In this document: in pieces, positions 1 to 8,533 of the stretch | How the letters are laid out: each line of letters begins with the position of its first letter | Numbering within the stretch: the first letter of the stretch is position 1 | Program-made: the position numbers and the translations under genes | DNA from: a virus | Taxonomy: Duplodnaviria; Caudoviricetes | IMG/VR virus record: IMGVR_UViG_3300015050_000873 | Coordinates: 1 to 54,393 of that record | Direction: 5' to 3' (one strand) | DNA length: 54,393 nt | The notes under the pieces: model-generated | What the model was told of the DNA's origin: nothing | The model's database searches: none | Seen by the model: only the letters and a program-made list of their open reading frames with translations

Positions 1-123
1 TCGAGGGCTGCTTGATTTCGAACAGCATCCAAATTGTCAACGGCGGCGACTCACTGAACATCCTGCGCAACTGCGTTTCTCCAGTCAGCTCGACCATCGG
101 CGCGACCTGTGCCGGCATTGAAA
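1..123. repeat. 123-bp direct terminal repeat (identical to 54271-54393); circular-assembly overlap
   Basis: Exact identity of first and last 123 nt; the reading frame of the tailspike gene runs through the junction. Confidence 0.95.
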
Positions 124-887
124 TGACCGGCGTTTCAGGCGCAAGGCAGCTTGTCGTGAGCGGGAACAATTTCAGCACTGGAGGCGGGGCTGTTCACCTT
201 ACCGATGTGGAGGAGCCGACCGTACAAAACAACCAGTGCGAACACCCGTGGTACAGGAATATTGCATACACCGGTGCTGCTGGCGCGATGATGTATTTCA
301 AAGACTGCCTCAGCCCCAAGGTGTACGACAACACGATCAACCCCGGATCGGCAAGCTCATCGTTTGCAACTGCGGCTTTCGCCATCAAGTTCGACGGAAC
401 GACAAAGCACGGCATCATCAAAGGCAACGAGATTTTCAAGGGCACATCGGGGCATATTCGTTTCGAGGCCGGCGCCTATGCAAACGTTGTGGGCAAGAAC
501 ACCTACCCGGTGGGCTACGACCCAGTGATCTCGATGGCGAACCCGATGCTGTATCCGCAAATCGGCATTGAGCTTCCGCTGAACCTCATCAACGGCTGGA
601 TTAGCGATCCACTGACCGGCTACAGCGGCGCCACGGTGCGATTCAATGAGGACGGTACAGGCGAGTTCTTCGGCGCGGTTGTGGGCGGATCTGGAGTGGT
701 CGCAAATATGCCATCGCAGATCGTCACGAAATTCGCCCGCGCTGTCACTCCCGCGCAAGGTCTGACGACTGCGTTCTCTTTGGTGCAAATCGATCCCGGC
801 GCCGGCCAGCCCCTGCAGATTCCAGCAAGCCCCGGGAATTACGCATCGCTCACGGGCTTGCGTTTCCCCTATCGGTTTTCCAGCTAA
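1..887 (+). CDS. C-terminal part of tailspike / beta-helix depolymerase (gene starts at 53448 and wraps)
   Basis: In frame with ATG 53448 across the junction; Asn/Gly-rich parallel beta-helix-like repeats (VSGNNF, VQNNQC, VYDNTI, IKGNEI); C-terminal LxNGW tail-fibre-type motif. Confidence 0.75.
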   Translation, partial: EGCLISNSIQIVNGGDSLNILRNCVSPVSSTIGATCAGIEMTGVSGARQLVVSGNNFSTGGGAVHLTDVEEPTVQNNQCEHPWYRNIAYTGAAGAMMYFKDCLSPKVYDNTINPGSASSSFATAAFAIKFDGTTKHGIIKGNEIFKGTSGHIRFEAGAYANVVGKNTYPVGYDPVISMANPMLYPQIGIELPLNLINGWISDPLTGYSGATVRFNEDGTGEFFGAVVGGSGVVANMPSQIVTKFARAVTPAQGLTTAFSLVQIDPGAGQPLQIPASPGNYASLTGLRFPYRFSS

Positions 888-899
888 GGACCAAGCCAG

Positions 900-1316
900 A
901 TGACCAGAGCCATCCTCACCCTCATCCTGTGCCTGCATTTATTGCTTCCGGCCGCTGTCTGGGCGCAGTCCGTGCTTAAGACGCCGCTGAGTTACTCCCT
1001 GCGCGAGTACGGCATGGTTCTGGCCGTGGCCATCCTTGGCGGTATTGCCAGCTTCTGGGGAAAGGTGAGACGCGGCGAGTTGGCCCTGTTCAACATCAGC
1101 GCCCTTATCGGCGAACTGTGCATGAGCGCCTTTGCTGGCTTGATGGCGTTCTACCTCTGCGAGTGGTGGGGCATGCCGCCGCTACTCACTGCTGCCATTG
1201 TCGGAATGAGCGGGCATGCGGGGGCGCGCGGCCTTGCTTGGCTTGAGACAGCCGGACAGAAATTCATGGAAAAACGCATGGGCATTGATACAACCACCAA
1301 GGAGCCACCAGCATGA
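900..1316 (+). CDS. Holin (LydA-like) with extra N-terminal hydrophobic segment
   Basis: SD AAGGA at 886-890; several TM segments, AAIVGMSGHAGARGL motif; first gene of lysis cassette. Confidence 0.8.
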   Translation: MTRAILTLILCLHLLLPAAVWAQSVLKTPLSYSLREYGMVLAVAILGGIASFWGKVRRGELALFNISALIGELCMSAFAGLMAFYLCEWWGMPPLLTAAIVGMSGHAGARGLAWLETAGQKFMEKRMGIDTTTKEPPA

Positions 1317-1690
1317 TTCTCAATCCTCGCAGTGAAAAGAACCTGGCCGGCGTGCACGAGCGCCTTGTCGCCGTCGTCCGGCGCGCCGCCGAAATCTCAG
1401 ACCTTGATTTCATCGTCACGGAGGGCGTCCGCACCCTGGAGCGCCAGAAGGAGCTCTACGCCAAGGGCGCCAGCCAGACCATGAAAAGCAAGCACCTGAC
1501 CGGCCATGCTGTCGATCTGGCCGCACTGGTAGGCGCCGAGGTGCGCTGGGACTGGCCGCTGTATGCGAAACTGGCCGGCGCCATGAAGGCTGCTGCCGAG
1601 GAACTGGGCACCACCATCACCTGGGGCGGCGACTGGACCAGCTTCAAGGATGGGCCGCACTTTGAAATCAGCCCAGCGGTGTATCCATGA
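1313..1690 (+). CDS. Endolysin, M15 family L-Ala-D-Glu peptidase
   Basis: EGVRTLERQKELY, SKHLTGHAVD, WGGDW, DGPHFE Zn-peptidase motifs. Confidence 0.92.
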   Translation: MILNPRSEKNLAGVHERLVAVVRRAAEISDLDFIVTEGVRTLERQKELYAKGASQTMKSKHLTGHAVDLAALVGAEVRWDWPLYAKLAGAMKAAAEELGTTITWGGDWTSFKDGPHFEISPAVYP

Positions 1691-2163
1691 GCTGGCTAAA
1701 CCCCGGCCGCTGGCTGCTGTATGCGGGCTTGGCCGCCGCGTTGATACTGGGCTATTTCGCATGGGCTGACCACATCGGCGATGTGCGGGAGGACAAGATC
1801 CGCGCCCAGTATGCCGAACAGGCGAAGAAGGCCGATGAGACCCGCGCCGCCATATCCATTCCCATCGCTGAAAAACAGATTGTCGTGCAGGAAAAGATCC
1901 GCACAGTGTTCAAGACCATCATCAAAGAGGTGCCAACCTATGTATCGATTAATGATTGCCCTATGTCCCCTGGTTTTAGGGTGTTCCACGATGCCGCTGC
2001 CAATGGCGAGCTTCCCGACGCCTCCAGAATCCCTGATGCTGCCGCCGTCCCAGCTCAAGACGTTGCCAACACCGTCGCAGCCAACTACCAAGCCTGCCTC
2101 ACGAATTCCGCCCGTCTGACAGGGCTACAGGACTGGGTAAGGGCTCAGCAATCCGCCAAGTAG
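1687..2163 (+). CDS. Rz: Rz-like inner-membrane spanin
   Basis: N-terminal TM, coiled coil, C-terminal LQDWVR, follows endolysin. Confidence 0.85.
   Translation: MSWLNPGRWLLYAGLAAALILGYFAWADHIGDVREDKIRAQYAEQAKKADETRAAISIPIAEKQIVVQEKIRTVFKTIIKEVPTYVSINDCPMSPGFRVFHDAAANGELPDASRIPDAAAVPAQDVANTVAANYQACLTNSARLTGLQDWVRAQQSAK
1940..2119 (+). CDS. Rz1: Rz1-like outer-membrane spanin lipoprotein embedded in Rz (+1 frame)
   Basis: SD GAGGTG 1927-1932, ATG 1940, signal peptide with lipobox VLGC, Pro-rich mature part. Confidence 0.8.
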   Translation: MYRLMIALCPLVLGCSTMPLPMASFPTPPESLMLPPSQLKTLPTPSQPTTKPASRIPPV

Positions 2164-2265
2164 CTACTTCTTGCGCGACTTGGCCCACCAGACAACGCCG
2201 ACCACCACGACCAGCGCCACCAGTATCCCCAGTTCGATCATCGACATATCGCTAAACGGCTTCAT
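2164..2265 (-). CDS. 33-aa single-pass membrane peptide (MKPFSDMSMIELGILVALVVVVGVVWWAKSRKK)
   Basis: GGAG SD upstream; one TM plus basic tail; stop abuts the Rz stop. Confidence 0.6.
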   Translation of the reverse strand: MKPFSDMSMIELGILVALVVVVGVVWWAKSRKK

Positions 2266-2323
2266 GGCTCACTCCAAAAGTTGAGCCCTCCAACTTAGCA
2301 CCGGGCCGGGAAATCCGGTGTAA

Positions 2324-2544
2324 CTAATTCACCGATTGCGGGTGACTTGTGTTTGGGGTATTCGCGGGCGCGTAGTCGGCATCTTTGAATTTTTGACAGT
2401 CGCACCCTTCTATTCCGCAGGAGCCGCGGCCCATCTCATCATGTCTCCCGCAAAGATGGCCGCAGGTGGCGCATTTTTCATCACAGTCCGAGTCGCTCCA
2501 GTGGATGCAAAAGGGCCGCTGTCAACAAAGTCTTGGGTGTCCAT
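2324..2544 (-). pseudogene. Cys/His-rich small protein interrupted by a -1 frameshift at C-CCT-TTT (2509-2515)
   Basis: MDTQDFVDSGPF continues in the -1 frame as CIHWSDSDCDEKCATCGHLCGRHDEMGRGSCGIEGCDCQKF. Confidence 0.4.
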
Positions 2545-2545
2545 G

Positions 2546-2686
2546 CTACTGCCAGAACCACTTTTTAGACACGCCGCCCGGCGCACTGGAAGCACGAGGC
2601 CAAAGCCACGCCGCAGCCGCCACAACACCCCAGACCGCCCAGATCAGTGGATTCAGAGCTTTTCCGGAACTTCGTTTCAATAGCAT
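2546..2686 (-). CDS. 46-aa putative membrane peptide
   Basis: GGAG SD, ATG 2686, LIWAVWGVVAAAAWLW hydrophobic core. Confidence 0.4.
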   Translation of the reverse strand: MLLKRSSGKALNPLIWAVWGVVAAAAWLWPRASSAPGGVSKKWFWQ

Positions 2687-2706
2687 TTCATTTCTCCATG
2701 GGGTGG

Positions 2707-3219
2707 TTAGGCACTATACGGCAAAGTGGTGGGCTCTTCAAAAAGCGGCAACCACTCGTCCCCCTCTGGGCGCTCAGTTGTCCAACAAATCTCCGGTTCG
2801 TCCAGTCCTATTTCTCGTTCGTCGTTGTCGTAGATGTAGCGAGTTCTTGACCACGCCACCGGCTTACTGTTGCCTGCGTATGCTGCGCTCTGCATGGCGG
2901 CGAGCTTTTCAGCCGCTTTGAAAACGTGCTGGTTGGCGTCCGGGAATGTGCTGGGCAGGCAGTTCAACACCCTTGCTACGGCCCAGAACAGTCCTTTCCA
3001 CGGATCTTCTGCGGCGCGAGTGTTCCAAGATTCAATTGCTGACCTGCCGCTCTGGTCCCAATTTTCGCCGTCCTTTGATGCATCGCAGCTTCGGCAGCGG
3101 ACAATTGGGAAGGCACGATCTGCCGGGTCGTATGGTGTTTTTTTGTTGCAGGTCGGGAGATGCAAGTGAACATCAATACCTTGGCAAAACGGGCATGGCA
3201 ACAATTCTTCACTCATCAC
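2707..3219 (-). CDS. Lar-family (restriction alleviation) zinc-finger domain protein
   Basis: ELLPCPFC...CRSC...AIESWNTRA motif; AAGGAG SD. Confidence 0.7.
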   Translation of the reverse strand: MMSEELLPCPFCQGIDVHLHLPTCNKKTPYDPADRAFPIVRCRSCDASKDGENWDQSGRSAIESWNTRAAEDPWKGLFWAVARVLNCLPSTFPDANQHVFKAAEKLAAMQSAAYAGNSKPVAWSRTRYIYDNDEREIGLDEPEICWTTERPEGDEWLPLFEEPTTLPYSA

Positions 3220-3376
3220 TCACTCCTTAAAAACTTTGGTCTCGGGGAAGAATCCAGGGAACTAAACGGGGCACGCAGGGGAACGCCGGGGAGCGCTGCC
3301 CAATGAAGATGCGGTTTTCCATAGGCATCATGCACCTCTGGGATTGGTTCGAGTCCAATCGTGTCGGTGGTGTTTT

Positions 3377-3409
3377 TGCGGAAACTGATGCGGATACTGT
3401 TGCGGATAC
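3377..3409 (+). promoter_or_regulatory. Integrase arm-type sites: three TGCGGAWAC repeats at 12-bp period (further copies at 3587-3595 and inverted at 3534-3541)
   Basis: Direct repeats flanking the att core on both sides. Confidence 0.65.
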
Positions 3410-3437
3410 AGCTATCAAAACCATAGCGCTATAGCCA

Positions 3438-3494
3438 TGGTGCCCGGGGCCGGAATCGAACCGGCACGCCTTTCGGCGGGGGATTTTGAGTCCC
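3438..3494 (-). other. attP: attP core: 3' part of tRNA-Leu(CAA)
   Basis: Reverse strand GGGACTCAAAATCCCCCGCCGAAAGGCGTGCCGGTTCGATTCCGGCCCCGGGCACCA = anticodon loop, long variable arm, T arm, CCA; 5' half absent; near integrase. Confidence 0.9.
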
Positions 3495-3559
3495 GCGCCG
3501 TTTCTAGGATTCATGCGTGTTGCGAGCCGATTTGTTCCGCATTGAGTTTGCATTTTAGG

Positions 3560-4174
3560 CTATTCGCTCGCTGTAAATGGCTCGGATGCGGAAACGCTTT
3601 TACGCAGCTCGGCCAGCCACTTATTGCGGCTCTCGGTGCGCTCGTTTTCCTCTGTTTGTGCTTTGTCGTGGTAAGCAATTCGACGTTGCGCTTCAGTGAT
3701 TTGCATATTGTGCCAAGCTGTTGCGTCTTGTCGCTCTGGCTCTTTGTCGTATGCATCGTTGCAGTCGAAATCGATGCTCTGGCGAAGTTGGTCAACCATG
3801 AACTCTTGAAATCCCAAGTGATCCGGTGTCGGCGGCTTCCATTGAACGACTTGGGCCAGCATTTCGCTGTACTTGTTGCGCAAATCCAGCTTTTCTTTCA
3901 TGCGAAGGCGGAAGCACTCGCATGCGCTGGTGTACGCGGATTCCGCCTCGCTCAACACCTGATCGATCGGCAGCACCAAAAGTCGCGCCAACTCGGCCCG
4001 CGCCTTGTTTGCCTCTTTCGCGTTGTAGTCGCCTGGCTCAAAGCGTTCCGGGATCGGCGCATCGCTGCGTTCATCGCGCATCATTATCAGTGCGCCCATG
4101 CCTCGGGCGCAGGACCAAACAAACTTCTCGAAGCTGACGCCATCTTTGATGGCGGCGGTGTATCCGGTTGGCAT
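3560..4174 (-). CDS. Conserved hypothetical phage protein (MPTGYT..., coiled coil)
   Basis: AAAGGA SD, 204-aa ORF between int and attP. Confidence 0.75.
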   Translation of the reverse strand: MPTGYTAAIKDGVSFEKFVWSCARGMGALIMMRDERSDAPIPERFEPGDYNAKEANKARAELARLLVLPIDQVLSEAESAYTSACECFRLRMKEKLDLRNKYSEMLAQVVQWKPPTPDHLGFQEFMVDQLRQSIDFDCNDAYDKEPERQDATAWHNMQITEAQRRIAYHDKAQTEENERTESRNKWLAELRKSVSASEPFTASE

Positions 4175-4184
4175 GGTGATTCCT

Positions 4185-5216
4185 TTATCTGACTGGTTTA
4201 AGTTGTGCAGCCTTGCTGCGATAGTGTTTTCTCGTCAATCCCACCGACGAATGCTGAAGCAATTCCGATGCCCCGGCGTCATCCTCTGAAAGGTCTGCCG
4301 CTCGCTTTCTCATGTCCCGCAGCACCATAGCTCTGATTTCAGTCACCAGCGCGTCATCGTTCCATATGCTTGCAATCACCGCAGCGCGAATCCTGGCCCG
4401 ATCGTATGCGCCCCTGAGCTTCGCTACCGTCACGGGGCTACCGTCAGGCATGGATAACAGCATCAGGTGCGTGGTAAACAGCGCTCTGCGCCGCGCCAGC
4501 AGGTCCGGCAGTACCTGCGAGAGGGCAAGGTCGAAATCGGCCTTCTTGCCCGTTTTGCTGGCCTTCAAGCGCAGCACGTTGTTCGCAGGCAAAACTACTT
4601 CGCGGCAATCTGTCAGCCGCATTCCGGTAGCCGACGCGAGATCCATGCAGTCCTTGAGCATGGGTTCGCCCACGTAGTGCACCAACTCAAAAAGCCGATC
4701 TGTCACCTCAAACTCGCGGGCAAATTCCTTGTTCTTCCACTTGCTGCGCTCCATGCCTGCGGCGGGCCATGGGAGGGTTGTCATGCCCCATATCCGCGCC
4801 TGATTCCAGATGATCGACAGTAGCGCCATTTCTCGATTGGCCTGCGTCTTACCCTTGCGGGCTTTCAGATAGTCCACCAGATGCACCAGCTTGGTCGCGT
4901 CCCATGTTGCCGTTGAGAACACCTTGCGCAGCCATTTCAGGCTCTTCGCATACCCTCGGCGCGTTTCGGCGTTGGTGTACTCGGTCAGCTTTTCCTGTTC
5001 CCACTGCAAAAACGCTTCTTCAATCGTGCCCTTGATGCGTGGCTTTTTCAGGTGCAACTCTTCCCACTTGGCGATTGCCTCGTCCCGGTCGCGGCCCAGC
5101 GCGATATCGGGAACACATTCGCCGCGCATGTCGTAGTAATAATTCGTCCAGACGCGCCCGTTCTTTCCATTGCGGACATGGACGCGAAGCCGGGGGTATT
5201 TGGTCAGTTTAGGCAC
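4185..5216 (-). CDS. int: Tyrosine integrase
   Basis: TGMRLTD, ASKTGK, LRDMR, LLQH, TRKHY catalytic residues; N-terminal arm-binding region. Confidence 0.92.
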   Translation of the reverse strand: MPKLTKYPRLRVHVRNGKNGRVWTNYYYDMRGECVPDIALGRDRDEAIAKWEELHLKKPRIKGTIEEAFLQWEQEKLTEYTNAETRRGYAKSLKWLRKVFSTATWDATKLVHLVDYLKARKGKTQANREMALLSIIWNQARIWGMTTLPWPAAGMERSKWKNKEFAREFEVTDRLFELVHYVGEPMLKDCMDLASATGMRLTDCREVVLPANNVLRLKASKTGKKADFDLALSQVLPDLLARRRALFTTHLMLLSMPDGSPVTVAKLRGAYDRARIRAAVIASIWNDDALVTEIRAMVLRDMRKRAADLSEDDAGASELLQHSSVGLTRKHYRSKAAQLKPVR

Positions 5217-5418
5217 GGAGGGCGCTCAGATTCGGGGCATTAGATGCTACAGCTTCCCGGCCTTCCAGCCAATCCCGGGCGTGAATTCTGGACACGACAA
5301 CGCGCCGGCCGTCCCGCTGGTGCGGGATGTGGTGGTCCTTGAGCCAGCCGTCCTGTTCCGCAGCCCGTGCAAATCCGGTCAGATCATGCAGTTCTTGCGG
5401 AGACAGGAATTCACTCAT
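5209..5418 (-). CDS. xis: Excisionase-like protein (DUF4224-like)
   Basis: FLSPQELHDLTG...Q..WL...IP motif, overlaps int start. Confidence 0.75.
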   Translation of the reverse strand: MSEFLSPQELHDLTGFARAAEQDGWLKDHHIPHQRDGRRVVVSRIHARDWLEGREAVASNAPNLSALRA

Positions 5419-5480
5419 GGAGCACCCTCCCATGCTTGCACGCGGCAAGTTCTAGCGTTAGCCAAATAAGAATTAAGCAT

Positions 5481-5858
5481 CTATTTCTCCGCACCAGGGG
5501 CGATGGCTTTGCCGATTTCAGCAGCGGCCGAAACTATGGCGCGGCGGGTGGCGGCGTATGGGTCTGAGTCGTGTGGCTCACAAGCGAACTTTTGCAGTGT
5601 CACACCTCTCACCCAATAGCCAGCCCACGCCTCAGGGCCTTCCCCGGCACCCTCATAGAACTCAATGCGCAGCTTCACAGCCAGCCGTAGCGCATCGCCG
5701 TCATCGGTAAGGGGGTCAAACACCGAATCGCCACCTCGATCGTTTCTGATAATCAGAGCGTGTTCGTTGCAGCCTTGCGCGATGTACTTTGGTGCAGAGC
5801 CAACAACCGGATAACCAGCAGCCTTAGCCGCCCACTCCAAAAGTTCGCGGTCACTCAT
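5481..5858 (-). CDS. Hypothetical phage protein
   Basis: DRELLEWAAKAAG...FDPLTDDGDALRLAV...ATRRAIV motif typical of early phage ORFs. Confidence 0.75.
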   Translation of the reverse strand: MSDRELLEWAAKAAGYPVVGSAPKYIAQGCNEHALIIRNDRGGDSVFDPLTDDGDALRLAVKLRIEFYEGAGEGPEAWAGYWVRGVTLQKFACEPHDSDPYAATRRAIVSAAAEIGKAIAPGAEK

Positions 5859-6348
5859 GATCAGACTCCTTAACTGGCAGGATGCCGGATGCAGGCTCTT
5901 TTATTTGGCCGCTGGCAAGCACGCCACCGCGTGCAGGGGCTGGGATTCCGTGGGCAGCTTCGATTGCGCGGGCGAATTCATAGTGATCAAATTCATCGTA
6001 TGTTTCGCCGCCGAACATGTGCTGGCTTTTGAAGTCCTCGGCAATGTCGTAAATCCGTGCATCCGACAGCGCCACCCTCTCGCTGCTGGCTGGTGGGCGA
6101 TGGTTCAGCCCAATTGCCGTTGCCGTGTCGTAGTCGGTAATCAGCAGTTCGCGCCCGTCCTTGAGCGTGATGCGACCCATGGTCTCGCCGTGGCCTGAGC
6201 ATGATGCGATTGTTGGCAGACCGCCGGCGTTCAGAGCGGTCACCAGATCGACAATCTCAGGGTCGCACCAGACGGTGGGCGTCCCGGCATTGTCGCGCTT
6301 GATAACTACCATTGCGGATTCGCGACACGGTTTCAGTTCAGTACTCAT
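5851..6348 (-). CDS. Hypothetical protein with TIASCSGH motif
   Basis: Overlap-coupled ORF; DPEIVDLVTALN...TIASCSGHG. Confidence 0.7.
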   Translation of the reverse strand: MSTELKPCRESAMVVIKRDNAGTPTVWCDPEIVDLVTALNAGGLPTIASCSGHGETMGRITLKDGRELLITDYDTATAIGLNHRPPASSERVALSDARIYDIAEDFKSQHMFGGETYDEFDHYEFARAIEAAHGIPAPARGGVLASGQIKEPASGILPVKESDHE

Positions 6349-6758
6349 GCTCCCTCCCCGGTAGGTGCGGCGGCTCTGAAGATGGCTCGCGCCACGCGGT
6401 TTGTGATATCCATGCGCCCAGCCCCGACCATGCCCCGTCCGTCCGTGTCGTACACCGCTTTAGAGGCCAGTTTTAACGCGGACTCCCAATCCATCGACCT
6501 AGGAGAGCGACTGGCAAGAAAGCTATTGAGAGCTCTCTGCATCTGGGCTGGTCCGACAACATCGCCACCAGTGCAAGCCACAGCCAAGGCCGCTTCTGCA
6601 TCTTCATAACTCGCCGCCTCCGTTTGCTTCAATCTGCGCGACTCGGCTTCATCTTTCCGGCCTTGTGCATAGGCGGCATCCCGCTCTTGCGATAGGTAAT
6701 ACTGCTGGTCCGTGTATTCGTTGCACGCCTGCTGGATGCCTCCAGGTGTGTATTTCAT
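6345..6758 (-). CDS. Hypothetical protein
   Basis: ATGA overlap coupling, AAGGAG SD. Confidence 0.65.
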   Translation of the reverse strand: MKYTPGGIQQACNEYTDQQYYLSQERDAAYAQGRKDEAESRRLKQTEAASYEDAEAALAVACTGGDVVGPAQMQRALNSFLASRSPRSMDWESALKLASKAVYDTDGRGMVGAGRMDITNRVARAIFRAAAPTGEGA

Positions 6759-7309
6759 GACTGCTCCTTAATGCCGTGGGCCGCTTCTATGCGTCTGGCA
6801 AACTTGACCCAGTCAAGGGCTTCGTTCCCCATAGGAATTCGATTTGTGATCTGCGCCTGAGTCAGTGGCACCTGCACCCCGCCACATACACCACTGTCCA
6901 AATGATCCGGATTCTTCTGCGGTGGCAGGGGAGCGGATGCGAGCATGGCGGCGGCAAAACTGTCAACGATTTCCTCATTGCGCAGTAACCGGCAAAGGTG
7001 CCGCCATTGGTTGTCGGTCACACGGAGATTCTTGAGCGCTGGCGTTTGGACGCGACCGGCCAGAAAAACGCCAGCTTCAAATTCTTCCGTCTCCGACCAG
7101 TTATCAGGCCGATCAACATCCGGCACTACCTGTTGTGCTGCTATTGCTGCTAGGGCGTAGGCTTGCATCTGGTCGGCTGAAAACGCTTGGCTGCGAATGT
7201 AACGCCGTCCTTTTGGTGTTTCCGTGCCAATCCAGTGTGAAACGCTGCCAATAGGCTCGGGCAACGGCGGTAGCACTGGCGCTGAGGGTGTGGCTTCGGG
7301 GGTGGTCAT
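6755..7309 (-). CDS. Hypothetical protein
   Basis: ATGA overlap; LPPLPEP, FSADQMQAYA, FARRIEAAHGI motifs. Confidence 0.7.
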   Translation of the reverse strand: MTTPEATPSAPVLPPLPEPIGSVSHWIGTETPKGRRYIRSQAFSADQMQAYALAAIAAQQVVPDVDRPDNWSETEEFEAGVFLAGRVQTPALKNLRVTDNQWRHLCRLLRNEEIVDSFAAAMLASAPLPPQKNPDHLDSGVCGGVQVPLTQAQITNRIPMGNEALDWVKFARRIEAAHGIKEQS

Positions 7310-7569
7310 GCTGAAAATCCTTTGATGTCGTAGACCATGCGCTGCATTGGATTTGGCTTAGATCCCTGCGGGCAAATGGCGATGTTGGCCTCTAGCCCGT
7401 CGATACTTACCCGTGCGCCGTCCGTGTCGAGGCCAGGCTCAAGACCAAGGAATTGAAACGGCTGTTGACATTCGGTGCAATGGATGCGGATTTCGGCCAT
7501 GAAGCGCCCCGTGTCTTCAAGACGCGCCACTGCCACCTTGGCGTCGAAGTTATGGTGTTTGCAGCTCAT
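7306..7569 (-). CDS. Hypothetical protein with CxxC
   Basis: GGAG SD, IRIHCTECQQPFQFLG. Confidence 0.7.
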   Translation of the reverse strand: MSCKHHNFDAKVAVARLEDTGRFMAEIRIHCTECQQPFQFLGLEPGLDTDGARVSIDGLEANIAICPQGSKPNPMQRMVYDIKGFSA

Positions 7570-7664
7570 CACGATCTCCACGAAATAAGGCCAAGAAGCG
7601 TGCCAACAATCGCCAGCACAATAATGACGCCACCGATGACGCCCAGAAGCTCAAAGAATGTCAT
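7569..7664 (-). CDS. 31-aa membrane peptide
   Basis: Fills the gap with overlaps at both ends; MTFFELLGVIGGVIIVLAIVGTLLGLISWRS. Confidence 0.55.
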   Translation of the reverse strand: MTFFELLGVIGGVIIVLAIVGTLLGLISWRS

Positions 7665-8533
7665 GACCCACTCCCACCGCTAACAGCAGAAGTGCTGGAG
7701 AGAATGGCGGCGTCGATGGCGGCGCGGACGTCTGGATTCTTCGCAACGTGCAGACCGCCGATTTGGAATGCAAAGCCGCTGCCGCCAGTCCGAACTATGG
7801 ACACTGTTGCGCCGCGCTTCTGCAGATAGTCCAGCCGCTCCGAATCCTGCCTGCTGCCCGTGGTGGCCTGCTCGGGTGCGGGGGTGGTGGGCTGTGCTGC
7901 GAGAGGTTCAAGGCCCAATTCGTGGGTCAGATCAGCCATCTTTTGCAGGGCCACATTCTGTGCACTGGTGGCAAGAAAACTGTCGGCTAAACCGATGGCG
8001 CGGGACACCTGCAACGCTGGGAATTCGGTACTGTCGTCGTCGTGCTCAGGGTCTGCCCAGTTTTGGCAGCACGCGAGGGTATCGCGGAGGTTTTCAACAA
8101 GCTCCACCCCTTGCACGAGGCCGCTTTCAGCGACAGACAAATGACCCTGATCCCGATTCCCCTGAGATAGGGGGGCAGTGCCAGCAGGCGCTGTGCGGGC
8201 GGCAATAAACTGCTCGAAGCGTTCGCCGACACGTTCCATGGCCTCATCCCAGCCATACCGCATTGCTTCGTAGCGGTCTGTGATGTTTTTATCCTCCAAA
8301 CCGCAACCCATCGCCTGCTCGTTGAAATCAGGCCAATCGTCAAACTGAGTAACCTCCACCCCCAGCGGGCGGGCAAGCTCGGCGCGGATGCAGTCAAGCA
8401 CTTCGGAGCGCAACAGATATTGCCCATCGTCGCTGTGGCCCATGCCTGAGTAGTTTTCTTCGCGGGGCGTATGACGAGCAAGTCGCTGTATTGCCGCCTC
8501 TACCGCCACAGGCGCTGCTTTTGGGGTGTTCAT
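7661..8533 (-). CDS. Mosaic hypothetical early protein
   Basis: 290-aa overlap-coupled ORF; DSERLDYL...RAAIDAA motif. Confidence 0.7.
   Translation of the reverse strand: MNTPKAAPVAVEAAIQRLARHTPREENYSGMGHSDDGQYLLRSEVLDCIRAELARPLGVEVTQFDDWPDFNEQAMGCGLEDKNITDRYEAMRYGWDEAMERVGERFEQFIAARTAPAGTAPLSQGNRDQGHLSVAESGLVQGVELVENLRDTLACCQNWADPEHDDDSTEFPALQVSRAIGLADSFLATSAQNVALQKMADLTHELGLEPLAAQPTTPAPEQATTGSRQDSERLDYLQKRGATVSIVRTGGSGFAFQIGGLHVAKNPDVRAAIDAAILSSTSAVSGGSGS

Noticed and set aside
1-123. Biological terminal repeat of the virion DNA
   Set aside because: It falls mid-gene and has the size of an assembler k-mer overlap; most likely a circularisation artefact
887-902. AGG start for the holin
   Set aside because: AGG 887 is out of frame with the holin and belongs to the SD for ATG 900
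3438-3494. Functional tRNA-Leu gene
   Set aside because: 5' acceptor strand and D arm are missing; it is the attP homology segment
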